A stretch of 64,000 nt of DNA from Bispira polyomma (Eukaryota), in the NCBI GenBank assembly GCA_965649765.1, contig OZ287758.1:42470001-42534000 (forward strand), in the 5' to 3' direction. The notes under the pieces were generated by a model. That model was given only the letters and a program-made list of their open reading frames with translations, did no database searches and had not been told where the DNA came from. A program made the translations under genes and the position numbers. Below are positions 50,647 through 61,439 of the stretch, piece after piece. The number at the start of each line of letters is the position of its first letter. The first letter of the stretch is position 1.

Positions 50647-53600
50647 ATGGAAGATGAATTTGAAGAAGATAATTTCGGGGTGGGAAAAGAAAATGACGAA
50701 CAATTAAGACATCAGAATAGGCTGCGCAGGCGCGGCCATTTTGTTGTGCAAAGGTCCAGACCTATTTCCTACCCACCCTCCTTTTCATTTGGTGCTGCTT
50801 TTAGCACCCCTCTCTACATGAAAGGTAATTTAATGGACAGGAAACCCCAGAAACTAATAGAACCCATTTCTGAGGAGGTGTCCTCCCGAATAGGAAGGAA
50901 GGTCAAATTTGCCGATGAAGCCGGAAAACAACTGGCCTCCTACATAGAAATACCGAACAAATTTGATAGATATGGCTTCAGATCCTTGACAAATATCAGT
51001 TCAATTTTCGATGAAATGATGGGCAAGGATTTGAATGAGATAGAGCAGGTGTTTGACAGTGCTTTTTCAAGGCAACAGATCCACCATAAGGTAGAGAGTA
51101 GAAGCGAGTGCAAGGAAAACACAGACACTTCCTTGGGATGCAAGAGGAAATACAACACCCAATCGCATGTAAGTTTTCCCAAGGAAAAATTCCCCAGAGC
51201 AAAATCCATTGTTGTTTGTCAGCATGAAGAAAAAGAAACGGATAAATCATCTTCCGGTTCAATGGACCGAAGAAAAGAAGATCATTCACCGCAACCCAAT
51301 TTAAAAATTAGGAAACATAGTCTGGAAGGCTGTGCTATAAGTGAAATGGACGAGGAAAAAGGTGAAAAAGATGAGAACTTGCAATATTCTAACAGTGCTG
51401 AAAATAAAACAGAAGTAACTAGTCTTGCAAATAATATTTCAACAATAAACTGGCAACCTGGTGATTGCTTGAAGCCCTACAATGACAGCAGCAAAGACCA
51501 ACTTACATGTAGAACCACTGAAAATTTTAAAAACATTCCATGTCATTGTATATCAACCATGCAGGAAGTACCATTATTGCACAAAGGAATAGGTGACGAC
51601 ATGAATATATTTAGAAAGGCCGAGGAGAGTGTGCCTACTAGTTTGTCAAAGAAGAGTGCAAAAAGCAACGAGCAGCTGTTTGAAGAGCTTATTAAGAAAC
51701 TTCACTCTGCTGGCCAGGGTTCTGACAGCTCTTGTGAAGGCAATGATCATACCCTAGTGATCTCACCCTTAAGTGCATATAAAATACCAATCCCTGTGTA
51801 TCATAATGGACATATGAATCTTGCACAGACAGTTGTAGGCTCAGGTAAAGGTCCAGATATATCCCCATTACATGATAGTCATGTTGCAGTAATGGAAGAA
51901 TCCTCAGAAAGAAGTAATTGTAACCCACATCAACAGGAAGCACTGACTCATAATACACCTACAGGTGACAGTTTTCGAAAGGATAGTGCAAATGAAGAAT
52001 TGTCCTTTACAGTTGTGTTGGACAGTGAAACTAAAACTCCAGAAAATCAAAATGATAGAGATATGGGCGTGAGTGTAGATTACACCCTGCCATTCGAATC
52101 CTCTGATTACCCAACCAAAACAGATAAAGAATGCAATACTATGACCTCCAGTTTTGAAGAAAATCCAAACATATCATTTACCATTATATCACCAGTACCA
52201 TCTAGCAGTGATGTTACTAAGGATCCACAATTAGAATGTCAGGAATTATATCAAGGTGAAACCACTAGTGTCAAAAAACAACCCTACTCAGAAATTCAAC
52301 AATGTTTGATGGACACATTCCCAGCCAATACAAATCAGTCTAACTTTATCACCAAAACAAATTCTTCCATTGCTGACATTCTGAGTGTTTTCGATGAAGT
52401 ATATTTTCCTGACTTTTCGGATAAGGCTGGTCATAGTTATAATAACATTAAACAAGAAGGACCAAAGGAGGACAAACTTTCCTGTGATCTTTTAGGTTCA
52501 GTGAACAACTCCCAGTGTAACACTAGTGATGTGTACAGTACCACTGGTGGTATGCTGGGTGTGAACCGTGGCAGTGAATCAGGCTATGGGACCCATTCAT
52601 TCATTAGCGATGACTTCTTAAATGAAGACTCATTAAGCGTTTGCACAAGTGGCTTTGAATTAGACGACGTGTTTGAGGAAGCATCCTCAAATGAAGTTCT
52701 AGTAGATTCAGAAAGTATTTCACCCAGGGCTTTACCAGGCTCTGAAAGTGCCGGCCAGGTTTTAAAGAGTGATTGGGCAGAAGTAATTCCGGAAGCCAAT
52801 AACAGTTCAAATAGTGTTGCATATATCGACAAAACACTGGTATCACCATTAGGAAAAAACATGCCAAATCAAGGCTTTGAGCCTAATGCAATTACAATGT
52901 GTGATGAAAAAGTCCCTGTATCTGGTGATTGTATTTTGGAAAGCAATGGTGGGGAAATTATGTTGCCAAATCTATTGTTGCCAAATAATACACTCGAAAG
53001 TGACAATGTGTGGAACTGCAAAGTAGAAAGTTGTGGGCCTGGTGAATATATGCCGGATAATTCAGTGAACAATATATTTGATATCATTAGTGACAATGAA
53101 TTGGAAAATGCAAGTGCATCAATGTTGAATATTCAAAATTGTGATTTATTAAAGTCTCAAATAAATGATTTATGTAGAAATACAGATAAAAACACAAATA
53201 TCATCTCACTAAGACAATCCCTGACACAAAGTTACAGTGGCTCTGAGCATTCTGCAGATAATGGTTTTAACAACTTTGCGGAGGAGTTAAGCAGTTGTTC
53301 AGGACACGGTTTATCTGTTGATAAGATAAACACACACTACAGTGATGTAAAATGTTTACAAGACTCTAATCAGGGTAACAAAAATGACACTCAGTCAGAG
53401 ACTGCTAACTCTTATAGCAGTGGTGAATGTAAAACCAACTCTGTTCAAATACCGGGCAACAGTAATGCATATAATGAGATGTTATTAAATAATGACAAGG
53501 AATCTGTAATATATGGCGGTTATTTTGCTAATAATAGTGATGATCGTCTAGCAACTCTATGTGTAAATAGTATGGGTGAAGGTACAGATGTAGCACAATC

Positions 53601-55656
53601 TGAGATGTTCCACACTGAAATTGCAAGTGCTGGTGATGCTCATAGTGACAGTATAGAAGCACAGCATTATCCTACAAAAAACTTGTTAATAGATCAAGGC
53701 CTTCAGGGCACTACTTGTGCTAACAATGATGCTCATGCATTTTCCACATTAGCATATGACACAAGCCTATTATTACATACTGGAACAATACAAAGATTCA
53801 ACGAAACCTCCTCAACTCATGAGCAAAGCTTTTCGGGTACTGATGCTGCTTCACCAATGGATAATAACATTAATGGTTCTACACGGATAACTACATCTGT
53901 ATCAACTATGTTACCTGAACAAACAGACAAAGCCTTAGCAGAGCCACCTGAGGTTAAAATAATAAAAGAGGAAGTCGCAGAATCTAGTGATATGGAAGTT
54001 TATATGCCCAAGAATATAGCTAGAACTTTGGTAGATTGTATGTTCAGGAAGAAATGCCACCATGACATCAGTGATAGTGACAGCAGTGAAAACAGTTGCA
54101 ATACAAAGAAACACAAAGTTCCTGAAAGAAAGTCAAGACGTGAAACGAATTTGGCTAAAAAATCAAAAGTTCATGTTAAGCCTTTGCGTAAAATATCACT
54201 CTATATTCAGAATGTTGTAGATAATGATAATACTTCTGGTGACGAAAGTGATATCGAAAGTTTTACTTCAGAAGAATTACAAAGTGGAAGTGATATAATG
54301 CCAAATATACAGTCTATTGCTGATTTGAAGAAAATAACTACTTCGGAGTATTCGTCTCCTACTGTAATTGACCATATTAGACATGAAAACGATTTTGAAT
54401 GTTATGAATCTACCTCAATCAGTTCTGCAGACACCAATGGTACTAATATCAGTTGCAAATTGGAAAACAAAGATTTGATAACCAAAGATAGGTTTCAAAT
54501 GGTTAGCCATTCCAGTGACAATATTCATGGGCAAATCAAACTAGCTTGTCGATCATCAGGAGACGGCGTAATAGCTTTGGTTAGTTCATCGGTTGAAAGT
54601 ACAGCATCAGTATCTACAAACAGTGCATCTCCTGTTTCCGCTCTCATTACAGACACACAGCCTCTCACATTTGAACCATGCACGAACACTGTGAGCCATA
54701 GTGAAGATACATCTAGTGATTCTTGCTACAATAAATTGTCTGATGGCCACCAGTTGGTTTCAAAATCTTCTATTCAAAGCAATATAGCTAGTGCTTCTTG
54801 TGACCATAAAATGTCTGATAACCACCATTTGGTTTCAAAATGTCCTGGCGAAAGTAAAATAACAAGTGATTGTTGTGACCATCAATTCTCTCATGGCCAC
54901 TACTTGGTTTCAAACTGTTTCAGTGAAAGTAATACAACTAGTGATCCCTGCGACCATATTTTTTTTGATGGACATCACTTGGTTTCAAAATGTTCTAGTG
55001 ACAGTAGTACCACTAGTGATGCTTGTGCCGATAGACAGTCTGGTGGACACTGTTTGATTTCAAATAGTTCTGGTCAGATATCTGGTGGTAAGCAGAAATG
55101 TGTGACCCTACATAATCCAGAAGTTGAAAATCAGAATAGTATTTCAAGTTCCAGTGATGCTACAAGCGGTCTGTGCAGTAATACAAAGGGATGCGCGACA
55201 TATAAAGACAATCAAAATGATTCCTCTGATAACAATGGGCCAGAAAACATATTGGCGAACAATAATATGGTAACAAGTAAAGAAAAACCAAGTGTACATT
55301 ACCATGAAATACGGGCATTAAGTATTGATAACAGCAACTGTACAGGGAGTGACTTGGCAGACTCTAAAGGTGGACCACATCTTGATGTGAATCATGAAAG
55401 TAAATGCACCAATAAAGGAATAATATGTGTAAGTAATGAGTCAACATATAGCACAAAAGATATGAACACAGCTACAAAAGAAGACACAGACACACCGGAA
55501 GAAGCTGAAGACATGCATTGCAAAGACACCATAACTTCTACAGATTTAGTAGATCCAACTCATAGTTACACACAAACAACAAGTGACAATGACTTAAACA
55601 TCACTGTGATAATAACAAGTGAGGGTAAATTGATTGTACAAGATGATGAAAGTTAA
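50647..55656 (+). CDS. ~1,669-aa Ser/Asn/Asp/Glu-rich, largely disordered protein with N-terminal PP1-docking RVxF-like motif (PPP1R3-like motif, no CBM21 seen)
   Basis: 5-kb stop-free ORF; acceptor ttttgtgtttgtag at 50644 followed by caATGG; motif RKVKFADEAGKQLASYIEIP; AATAAA at ~55935. Confidence 0.85.
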   Translation: MEDEFEEDNFGVGKENDEQLRHQNRLRRRGHFVVQRSRPISYPPSFSFGAAFSTPLYMKGNLMDRKPQKLIEPISEEVSSRIGRKVKFADEAGKQLASYIEIPNKFDRYGFRSLTNISSIFDEMMGKDLNEIEQVFDSAFSRQQIHHKVESRSECKENTDTSLGCKRKYNTQSHVSFPKEKFPRAKSIVVCQHEEKETDKSSSGSMDRRKEDHSPQPNLKIRKHSLEGCAISEMDEEKGEKDENLQYSNSAENKTEVTSLANNISTINWQPGDCLKPYNDSSKDQLTCRTTENFKNIPCHCISTMQEVPLLHKGIGDDMNIFRKAEESVPTSLSKKSAKSNEQLFEELIKKLHSAGQGSDSSCEGNDHTLVISPLSAYKIPIPVYHNGHMNLAQTVVGSGKGPDISPLHDSHVAVMEESSERSNCNPHQQEALTHNTPTGDSFRKDSANEELSFTVVLDSETKTPENQNDRDMGVSVDYTLPFESSDYPTKTDKECNTMTSSFEENPNISFTIISPVPSSSDVTKDPQLECQELYQGETTSVKKQPYSEIQQCLMDTFPANTNQSNFITKTNSSIADILSVFDEVYFPDFSDKAGHSYNNIKQEGPKEDKLSCDLLGSVNNSQCNTSDVYSTTGGMLGVNRGSESGYGTHSFISDDFLNEDSLSVCTSGFELDDVFEEASSNEVLVDSESISPRALPGSESAGQVLKSDWAEVIPEANNSSNSVAYIDKTLVSPLGKNMPNQGFEPNAITMCDEKVPVSGDCILESNGGEIMLPNLLLPNNTLESDNVWNCKVESCGPGEYMPDNSVNNIFDIISDNELENASASMLNIQNCDLLKSQINDLCRNTDKNTNIISLRQSLTQSYSGSEHSADNGFNNFAEELSSCSGHGLSVDKINTHYSDVKCLQDSNQGNKNDTQSETANSYSSGECKTNSVQIPGNSNAYNEMLLNNDKESVIYGGYFANNSDDRLATLCVNSMGEGTDVAQSEMFHTEIASAGDAHSDSIEAQHYPTKNLLIDQGLQGTTCANNDAHAFSTLAYDTSLLLHTGTIQRFNETSSTHEQSFSGTDAASPMDNNINGSTRITTSVSTMLPEQTDKALAEPPEVKIIKEEVAESSDMEVYMPKNIARTLVDCMFRKKCHHDISDSDSSENSCNTKKHKVPERKSRRETNLAKKSKVHVKPLRKISLYIQNVVDNDNTSGDESDIESFTSEELQSGSDIMPNIQSIADLKKITTSEYSSPTVIDHIRHENDFECYESTSISSADTNGTNISCKLENKDLITKDRFQMVSHSSDNIHGQIKLACRSSGDGVIALVSSSVESTASVSTNSASPVSALITDTQPLTFEPCTNTVSHSEDTSSDSCYNKLSDGHQLVSKSSIQSNIASASCDHKMSDNHHLVSKCPGESKITSDCCDHQFSHGHYLVSNCFSESNTTSDPCDHIFFDGHHLVSKCSSDSSTTSDACADRQSGGHCLISNSSGQISGGKQKCVTLHNPEVENQNSISSSSDATSGLCSNTKGCATYKDNQNDSSDNNGPENILANNNMVTSKEKPSVHYHEIRALSIDNSNCTGSDLADSKGGPHLDVNHESKCTNKGIICVSNESTYSTKDMNTATKEDTDTPEEAEDMHCKDTITSTDLVDPTHSYTQTTSDNDLNITVIITSEGKLIVQDDES
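54715..55075 (+). repeat. Five 75-bp (25-aa) Cys/His coding repeats
   Basis: SDSCYNKLSDGHQLVSKSSIQSNIA / SASCDHKMSDNHHLVSKCPGESKIT / SDCCDHQFSHGHYLVSNCFSESNTT / SDPCDHIFFDGHHLVSKCSSDSSTT / SDACADRQSGGHCLISNSSG. Confidence 0.9.
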
Positions 55657-56009
55657 GTTTTCGTCACAAGGACAAATGAGTAATATTGGCATATTGCCAT
55701 ATGGTTCTTATTATGTCAAACTTTATATGAATAGACAATCGATGGCTGATGTCAGAAAGTCACATTTATTAACCAAACATGAAAAAATGAACCAACTTTA
55801 TGTGCTTCAAGTAATACAGCTTTTAAAAATTATATTAACTAAATTGTACTGTTTTGAGTAAATACGCAGAAAATTATTTGGTTACAAATTGTATAGTGTG
55901 TTTTGTCCAATAACTTACACTGGTATAAATAAGCAATAAATCTCAACAAAATGGTTTGTTTACCAAGTATAAACATTTAAAACATGTGGAACTAGGACAC
56001 TTATTAGAA

Positions 56010-57020
56010 CACATACCGGAGCCGGTGGATACATTGGATTACACTTCGTCACGCTGCCTAAAAAGCTTGCCTTGGAGTAATTTTAGCCTCATTTTGAAAA
56101 ACAAGATGGCCGCCAAGGGCATTTCTTTGATAATAATCAGGCTTTTAACTGTGTCTGTTTCTCAGCTGTAGAAGGTTGAATCTCTTTTTGGGTGATATGT
56201 TTAACTGATATATATGTCATGTATCAGCATGCAGACATTTGACCCTGAATCTTCTCACTCAAGGTCATCAACAGAATGCCAAATTACCCCAAGTAACTGA
56301 TTTTGGCAAAACTTAAAAGTGCCTATTTCTTGCATAATTTTGGTTTTAGAGGTTTGGGATTTCAAACCAACCCTTAGGAAATCATGAGCAGGGAATCTTT
56401 TCATGTACTTACTTTTGACCTTGGGCCTCTCCTTCAAGGTCAAACAGGGATGGCCAAACCTTAAAGTGCCTATATCTCGTTTATTTTTGGTCAAGCAGGT
56501 TTTGGATGTGAAACCAACCTATAGAAAATCATGGGCTGGGAATTTTTGGATGTGCTCAGATTTGACCTTGAATCCCTCGTTCAAGGTCAAATGTGGATGG
56601 CTAAACTTAAAAGTGCCTATATATCGCTTATTAGTGGTCCTAGAGGATTGGAATATTTAAACCAACCTGTAGGAAATGAAGGCCTGGGAATCTTTTGATG
56701 TGGTCCGATTTGACCTTAGGCCCCTCGTTCAAGGTCAGTCTTAATCAAACTTAAAAATGCCTATATCTCACTTATTATTGGTTGTAGAGGTTTGGGATGT
56801 AAAATCAACTTATAAGAAATCATAGGCTGGTAATCTTTTGCTGTGGTCAGATTTTTCCTTGGACTCCTCGTGCAAGGTCAAACAGGTACGCCAAACTATA
56901 AACTGCCTATATCACACTTAGTATTGGTCCTAAGGGATTGCAATGTGAAACCCATTTAAGACTTTAGCATAAATGCTATTGGGGATCATAGGCTTCTAGC
57001 TTCGGTGCAAGCTAGGGTGC
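56010..57020 (+). mobile_element. HINE-like element carrying ~5 internal ~147-bp tandem repeats and a 3' hairpin
   Basis: Shares its 5' part with 49172-49680; the tgcctat anchor recurs at spacings of 147, 147, 144 and 146 bp; hairpin ctagctt-cggtgc-aagctag at 56996-57015. Confidence 0.7.
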
Positions 57021-58792
57021 TTGCTACCTAGTGTGCTTTGTCTTTCTGGTTGATACAAATATGAATTGGTTCTCCGATGTACTAGGTCTAGTTTATCTGG
57101 AGATTGTCTTTTTATTTCGGTGTGTTTGTTTGTTACATTGCTTCGAAGGAATGTGACACTCCTTTACTGAATGCTTGTTGTTTCTAGAACTTTGCATTAT
57201 GAATTTTAAACCAACAGAATATTTCGGTAAAATCCGCAATTATCGCTCACAGAGCTTAATTCAGAGGGTCACAATTACTCAAAACCCATGGGTTGCCCCA
57301 TTGTGATCTTGTTAACTGCTTGCTGCACAAGGGATTTACACAAAATCACTACCCAGTATTTTTGGAAAGAAATTTAAAGGATTAAATTGTTTATTTTTAA
57401 ATGCATTAAATACTATACTTCTACCATTTTGTCTAAAATGGCAGCATGCAACACCAATAAAGAGAAACTAATAAAAGTGAATAATAACTATAATTATGCT
57501 GCTTCACTAACTTTATCTAACATCATATAACGTATTATTTAGACTCTAAGTTGAATGCATAATTTATGCTGATGACAATGTATAGATAACACAAAAGCAT
57601 AAGTGAAATTAACCCCTCAAGATGTGTACTCTGTTCCAATTTTAGAGCCATAACTACACACTATTAAGATAATTCATTTTTACCACAGAAAGTGAAAGGT
57701 ATAGAGGAATATATATTATTTAAAGAAATTTTGGGTTTTATATATAATCTTTTTTTAAACAATTATAACCCGTTAAGATTTTTTTTCAATACCTTAAGTT
57801 AACTTAACCCACACTTAACTTAGGTCCACCTGATCCTAAGTCAAGTATAAACTTCAGGCAAAACTTATACACAGGCAAATGAAGTTAAAATAGCCTTAAC
57901 ACTTTAAGGTGGCCCTTAATTTATTTAATTTATTTTACATTTATTTCAGTCTGTGTATACATATATTAGATATTAACATAATAAATATTAAACTAATATT
58001 CCCAAACACAAATCTTTTTACTTTCAAGGTCGAGGTCAAATTAAAGGTCACCCCCTCAGGAGAGGAACTGATATGATCTGTAATTTCATGTATGCTTCAA
58101 ACTTTAGACAAAATTTAAAAGAAATCTGATTTATATAAGAAGTATAAAAAGTATTATCAGAGTTACAGTATATTCTGTGATTAACTTAAGCAAGATGTTT
58201 AACTAAAAATACTTCTACAAATGTATTGAAATAATATAAGGCACAGGAGATATCTATATAATAATGGAATATCACAGAATTAACCAGTTAAAATATGAGT
58301 GCATGCTTGAACAAAGTTTAATCATTCATGTATGGAGACATAAAGAGTGGAGTACATCTGACTGGGAAAAAAATCAAAATATTTGTATGAGTACATACTT
58401 AATATTATCAGAATTAAAATTAAGCTGATAAACTTGTTCCTTAATATTCCTACACCTTGCGGCTTTCGAAGTCACTGCATAACAAAAGGCATGGTTTGTC
58501 AGTCGCTAAAGATATCACCTTTACGGTAATTTGTTGACAAGCATTTGTTGTTTGTGTCACTAAGCAGAAGTATTGGGGGCAGGAGTATTTGCCGCCCTTT
58601 TTCATAACTAGCATCGAAATTGAACAAGAAGGAAGCACAAAACTTTTAATTTGGACGCCATATTGGATAATTATACATGGTGATTTTAATAAAGTGGTTT
58701 TTAGTCTAATGTTTTTAGTTATCATTGATTTTAACATTTAAGAACATTTTATATAAATACCACTATATTGTGTACAGAGTTGTGTTTAAAAA

Positions 58793-60126
58793 ATGGGCCG
58801 GACAAAGAAGACAAAAGACTTACCAGAGTGCTCAAAATGTCAAAGTAGGCATGAAAGACCCGTCGGGACGAGATGTAAAAAAGCTACAGTATCTAACATG
58901 TCATTCACAGAAGAAGCAGATGAAGATCTTCAATCACCACCTGATGTAACAACAACTACACAAACTGTAAGTACATCTGATAACATGTACCGACAAATCT
59001 GCGAAAAACAACAGTTAATAATGGAAACTATTATGGAATCCGTCACTAAACTACAGCAGGATGTAGCAGTATTACAACACAGAGACCCCATAGTCATTCC
59101 CAAGGTACAGAGCATGCCTACACCACTTCCCGTAGTGTCAGCGTCACTGAGCAACAAGGACGACGGTTATACACTGCAACAACAAGAAGTTGATTGAATA
59201 TCACGACCGATTCTCCACGTAGACGGACATTAACAGATCATACTCATCCACTGTACACGTCAGGGACTACATTAGAGCAGATAGAACAACAACCAGGTAT
59301 GACATATCAGGCTTCGCGTAACACACTGGCAAACTCGCTCATACAGTCCTTGTTCACGGACAGCCTTATGGGGGGCATTAACGACATAGTACCTACACCA
59401 GATGTTCTACATCAGTCAGCAAAAATACAAAATGAAGTTACAGCACGCTTACAACAGTATGAGAACATGACTGCACACGAACTACTTCAGGGTAAGTCCT
59501 TATTAAAGAGAAAGTCAGGCAGATATAACGTGTCAGATGTATGTACTACAGATCCCATTTTCCGTTGGCCTAATGAGGGGTGTGTATCTGGTATACACAA
59601 GAAACGCGTCTCATATGAGGACATTTCTATTGCACAATTCGCATCGGGTCAAATAGCAAATATTCTAGAAGTAAAAAATTCAACAATATCCAGAGCCATG
59701 ATGAAACAGTTAGGTGACACGTTGCGCGATGCAGCTAATATCTCATGGCCCGTTGCCAAGGGCGCATATGCAACAAATATGTACGACATAGAGGAGGGCA
59801 GGCTGACATGGTTAGACGACACAAAGTGGGTAATGAACAGGCTGTCATACTCTTAGGCTTTAATGTCAACGACAGGTCACAACGCACACACATCTAGCTC
59901 TCATCAGAGCACACATTCCAGCAATTCACAGTCAACGAAAACGCGAATTCCGTGTCGGCATTTTCAGAAGGATCAGTGTCATCAGACAGCGGATCATGAG
60001 AATGCTACGATGATTTTCAAGCATATTTGCAGCCACTGTTTTAAGCAAAGTAAAAGAGAGAATGCTCACCCGGAGAGCAAATGCTACAAGGTACATGGTC
60101 GACCAACAACAGCAACAACACAATAG
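58793..60126 (+). pseudogene. gag-like ORF1 of the YR retrotransposon (one frameshift, one stop)
   Basis: N-terminal CSKCQSRHERPVGTRC knuckle, coiled coil, LLQGKSLLKRKSGR, C-terminal CRHFQKDQC...HICSHC...HPESKC; frameshift near 59194 and TAG at 59854. Confidence 0.8.
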
Positions 60127-61439
60127 GACAACAGACTGACTCTAGAGATGACAGATGTAAAAGTATGTGATAATGTTGAAGTGCATAATAGGGTAGATAA
60201 ATACTCAAACTCTGATAATGCAATGTTTAGTAGTGACAAAAATTTAAGGGCAAAATTAGACGATAACAGATTAATATTAGGTAGTGTTAAAAAAGGGGGC
60301 GGCATAGATGATCAGAGAGACAAACAAAGCGTAAATAGTAGGACAAATACAAATGTACTACAAATAAGTGACAAACTGAATGAGAACATTGTAAGTAACA
60401 GGAATGTAAAAAGTAATGGAAATCACAGAGTAAATAGAAGTGATATTTCTTGTATAAGCAGTATTGATAAAAACAGTGAACGTGATAAAGCTGAAATGGG
60501 TGGCAAAACCACCACTGTAAATAGAAAAAGTAATGCACGTAATCAGAACAACAGAATAAGTACAAAAAGGTGCGAATATAAGAACAATAGCCATGTCAAG
60601 CAGGTGTTAGAAAGTAGAAATGAAAGGTGTGAAGTAAGGACAAAGGTAAAAAAGTGTGAACAAGGACAGGTGTTAGGAAATCGAAACAAAAAGGGTAAAC
60701 TAAAAGAAAATACTGATTGTTTTAGAAACAATGTAGGAATAGGAGAAAATAGTGAATATCATAGTGATAGTAATAGCATGACATTGGTAGATGTGTATAT
60801 ACAAAGCTATGGTGGTGCAAATGGGACACCAAGTGTTTTTTATATAGTTAGTAGAGAAAGACCTGATATGACAGGGGTATATTGTGAAACATATGTCAAC
60901 AATGTATGTACATTTGAAAAGGCCACTTATCAACTAAGTAATATTTAGCCAGTTGTATATTATATGTCTACATATATGAATGTAATGAACAAGGTCACAC
61001 AGCTAAAGGTCAACAACAAAACACATAAACAAAACAAAACAATAACAAATAATTTGAACACTTCAAAAACTCATACAAACACAAAAGTAAGCAGTAGTAG
61101 CTATTATGTGAACATAATAGATGAACTATGTCAAACATTGACAACATACCAAAGAAACAGACAATATATGCAGAACAGACACACAAGTCTAACACACAAT
61201 TGAATTTGTGAACACTCAGAATGCTCAGAACACGCAGAATAAGAAAATAGAAATGAGGGCAAAAGTTAGGGAAAGAATAAACAATAAAGAAATACAAGAT
61301 AACACAGTACAACAAAACGATAAAGAAGATATTCATACTTCAGCAACAGTGACATCTTTACTGAATGAAATCACAAACAAAACACACAAATTAAAAAAGG
61401 AAAGAGGAATACAGAATAATGGACAGCTTACAAACAACA

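Noticed and set aside
50647-55656. Assigning a gene symbol (PPP1R3x or PPP1R15/GADD34)
   Set aside because: Only a short motif matches; CBM21 is not seen, and PPP1R15 has its RVxF near the C-terminus
57690-58460. Weak inverted similarity (aaggtatagaggaatat / atattcctacacctt) as a possible terminal repeat of the YR element
   Set aside because: Too short and imperfect; the element's 3' end is outside the window, so terminal structure cannot be tested
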